A stretch of DNA of 64,000 nucleotides from NCBI GenBank assembly GCA_050084985.1, contig JBITNC010000001.1:98270001-98334000 (forward strand), read 5' to 3'. How positions within the stretch are numbered: position 1 is the first letter of the stretch; the number at the start of each line of letters is the position of its first letter. The notes under the pieces are model-generated. The model had not been told where the DNA came from. It searched no databases and worked only from the letters and a program-made list of their open reading frames with translations. The DNA is from Nageia nagi (Eukaryota > Plantae > Pinophyta). Shown piece after piece: positions 60,646-64,000 of the stretch. Both the position numbers and the translations under genes were made by a program.

Positions 60646-61550
60646 TGTAGACACCTAAAAATGATCCTCGTTTGAAATTTGATCACAAAGGAGCTAACCA
60701 ACTTAGCACAAACTATAGAAAATAATAATCTCTAGGTGATTGGATTGGTTTGTTGATGATTCATCTTAGTATTTAGTGTCTGATACCCAATCACTAGTGA
60801 TTATATACTTAGCAAAGCTAAAACAAGTTATGAGCTCATGCTCATCCATAGTTCAAAATAATTATGATATACATCTTGAACCCTATCCTATATCTGTGAA
60901 AGCGATGACCAAAGCCATTTAGGATTCTGGATCAGCTTTGAACCTAGATTTTGAGCTCTAAAATTGATAAATCAAACAAACTTAAGAATCTACAAATACA
61001 ACCTCATACCATGAGCAAAGTGACCCCTTTTTGAAGTAAACTTATGCTTCTAGAATCATTCCAGGACTTGTTGTGAGATTACTTCATTTTATGAATGTTA
61101 TGTCCTATTTAGTGCATATCGAATATTTTTTTATGAACAGGTGTGTTTGATGTGTTGTTTTGGCATGTGTGCAGGGTCCATAAGTGCTGAAGCTTTGAGC
61201 AATTGAAATACATTGAACCAAGATCTATCCAAATTCCATAAGATAGGTTATATAGAAGAGAAAGAGAGAAAAAAATTCCTAACATACAACTTAAGTGCAG
61301 AAACACTAGTGATTCACATCGGATGCCAATGATTGAAGGAAAAAGCCAACAACTCATCTTGATTGTTAATGACTCTGTAAAGCCCAAGGAGGCTAAAAAC
61401 CTAGCTTGTATCAAAAGCCCTTCCTAACAAGGCATTAGATTTTGGGATCCGCATTGTAAAATTGAGGTTACCTCTCAAAATAATAAAATATACTTTGGTA
61501 TTAAATGTGTGTTTATCTTGTTTGCTAACAAGTTACTTTGTGGGATAATA
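60646..61550 (+). repeat. 3' LTR (905 bp)
   Basis: tgtagacacctaaaaatgatcctcg...gggataata, with the terminal CA mutated to TA. It is colinear with the 5' LTR apart from about 50 extra bp near 60735-60780. Confidence 0.93.
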
Positions 61551-61559
61551 GTAGTAATG

Positions 61560-63300
61560 GTATTTTTTGAATGAAAAGAGTTTTTATATTACTAAAAATG
61601 TTTTCATACAAAAAAAGTGGGTGGAGTTGAGCACACTCTGTGGAAGACCACAACTACAAACTAACTACATAGTAGTTAGGAAAGGTTACAAAAATATCGC
61701 ATGAAAAAGAACATGCAAAACATAATAGTGACCACCAATGAACCCTCAAAGTCCACAACCAAAAACCAAAATCATAGTCCCCAATGTTTAATGATCAACA
61801 TAATAAAACACCTCATCAATCATGAGAAGATGATAGGTAAAAATTATCAATAAATTGCATGTGTTCTCAACCACCACCCTCAACAGGAGAAACATTCTAG
61901 CCATCATTGTAATTACTTCCACTAGCATTAGTGCACATCAACATCATGAGTTGGCTGGTGTGAGGGATTTGAAATATCTTCCCATCTTGTAATTGAGGAA
62001 AAACTTTCTGACCAAACATCCCACCTGCTTTAAGAACGAGTAGTAATCTCTCTCGATTGTATGAGCTTGGGATTAGGCATAGGCTATGATAAGTGTCGAG
62101 GTAAATTCGTAGGACTAGTAGACACACATCGTAATGGAGCATGAGTGCAACTATGTGATCAACATTGGGGAGCTTCATGAGATATGCTTGATGAGGAGGA
62201 AGCTCATTAGGTGGGACACAACTAATAGTGCAAGGAGCATTCCCCCAATGGTTTAGTAAGTTACATAATTAATGAACCTCCACATGAAATTTTTCAACCT
62301 AAAATATAATCTGCAACCCATAATATTAGAAAATAGCAAATTTATCATCAAGAGAGAAGGTGGTCGAAGGGGCTTCTCAACCAAACACAATATTATTTCT
62401 TATTTCCCAAGATGGTAGAGAATACTAGTTTTGAAAATATGCCAAACTTTGCCTAAGGGCTCTAAAAATTAAAGAGGGTCCCCTAGAATAGCATGAACCT
62501 AAGAACAAGGAGACACTAAGAAAGGATTAAAAAAGGAAATAATCTAGTCCCAAGCCTACTAGTTCGTAGCACATGTAAGATCCAAACAAGATCTCAAGCA
62601 ATAATCAACAAATTCAATTACAAAAACTTCAAGCTAGGACATCCACTTTATACTACAATAACCATAGTATGCCAATGTTGGGTCTCTTAAGTACAATAAC
62701 ACCAAACAATGCCAATGAATGGCCAATACCAATAATATAGGACCACAAAAAGCTTATAATGCCAATGTATGGCTTACACATGCACAATAATGCCAAATAA
62801 TGCCACAATATGAACACATACAACACAAATACTGAGATCTGAATGCCCATGGCTTATATTATGATATGGAATGAGCAACAATACAATACCAAGCCTAAGA
62901 GGGCTAATGTCAACCTCTTAGGATCTAACTAGGGTCAGATGAAGTCACCTGCAATGCTAGATGGACGTGGGATAGTAGTGCCTCCTCACAACCTGATTCT
63001 TCTCTAGTGAAGGAGCCCTCCTCAAATTTGGATAGCCAAGTGAATGGTATGTAATCCACCTTGAAATACCATTGTATGGGAAAGGTGCTACACTAGTGCC
63101 ATAGGTTGTGAAGATCTCTCAGTCAGACAACCCTCTTAGGTGCTCCACCTAAGGAATACACTTAGAGTTGCATTAAGGTTGTGTCCATTGAAAGTTGTAG
63201 AAGTAAATGTATAATAATCAGTCTATCTAGCAAATGAGGCTCTAAGCCTCTTTATACACCTTTCTTGGTCCTATATCTCACCTTAAAATCACCACTAGGC
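61560..63300 (-). mobile_element. Very decayed LINE-like remnants
   Basis: Weak minus-strand motifs: FKVDYIPFT near 63050 (ORF1-like) and RNase H-like fragments at 61900-62390. An A-run lies at about 61563. Confidence 0.3.
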
Positions 63301-64000
63301 TCTTAGGCCCCAACATTAGCCTCCAAAGGGCCTAGGATGCCTAACATGGGTGCTTAGGGATCAAGCATGCCAACGTGGGGTTTTGGGTGCCATAAATGCC
63401 AATGTAAGGTCAATGGGTGCCATTCATGCCCACTTAGGTCTAGGTGTGTGTGATGGGCCAACGTGGGGTCTAGGGGACTCCCCAAGGCTGGTGCAAGCTT
63501 ACAATCTCCTATCCAGACCATTTAAGTGCATTAAGAACTTGGGATTCCCATAATCAAATTTGGGATCTCCAAGTACACTTATCTAACCTATTCTACACTT
63601 ACATGGGAGATGTCCCACTAGGGGCTCATAGTGGGTCCATTGACCCATTAAATTCCTATCCCAAGTTACACACAACATAACACACTATTAATGCAATATC
63701 ACTAAGATGGGCCTTTTGCCCATTACAAATATTTTCTATGTTACAAGAGGGGCATCATAGCACATGACCAAAAAACATGGAGAAAGTATTTAAACTCTTA
63801 ACAAAAAGGAAAAGTAGGATTAACCACACCCAATACATGCACCAATGCCCAATGGTAAGATCTTGATGCAAAAGACTCCAAATGAAAAAACTTTGTTTAG
63901 GTTCAATATACTTAGCCTAAACACTAGAAAAATACAGGGACCAATGGGATTGGAAGGAAATAAGATCCTATCTAAGATTAAGAGTATGAACACATAGGGA

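Larger units (their letters stand above)
41749..61550 (+). mobile_element. Full-length (19.8 kb) decayed Ty3/gypsy LTR retrotransposon of the Ogre/Tat group
   Basis: LTRs at 41749-42599 and 60646-61550. Exact TSD GTAGT at 41744-41748 and 61551-61555. PBS-like tggtgctaggaggg at 42603. PPT aaaaaggggaaaaa at 60632-60645. Domain order GAG-PR-RT-RH-aRH-INT. Confidence 0.95.

Overview
This is AT-rich, strongly CpG/CHG-depleted plant nuclear DNA, most consistent with a large gymnosperm-type genome (inference). It is almost entirely nested, decayed retrotransposons, and I found no intact host gene. Two LTR elements can be delimited from both LTRs, PBS, PPT and exact 5-bp target-site duplications. One is a 7.9-kb apparently non-coding (LARD-like) element at 10274-18154 (TSD TCCTA). 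The other is a 19.8-kb Ogre/Tat-type Ty3/gypsy element at 41749-61550 (TSD GTAGT). Also present are a 3.2-kb solo LTR, several L1-like LINE remnants, gypsy and copia fragments, a tRNA-derived SINE, an intron-containing STRUBBELIG-receptor-family kinase pseudogene and a ~1.5-kb foldback inverted repeat. The most interesting part is the accessory cassette between integrase and the 3' LTR of the Ogre/Tat element. It holds two tandem sense ORFs that each carry an F-box-like motif (F-x-x-L-P-x-x-I-Q-x-x-I), separated by a perfect 23-bp hairpin. Converging on them is a spliced antisense Plant Mobile Domain (MAIN/MAIL1-like) gene with a CpG-retaining upstream patch. This may be a retrotransposon-borne host-manipulation or anti-silencing module, which is a hypothesis and not demonstrated. 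All domain calls are by-eye motif recognition; no searches were run.
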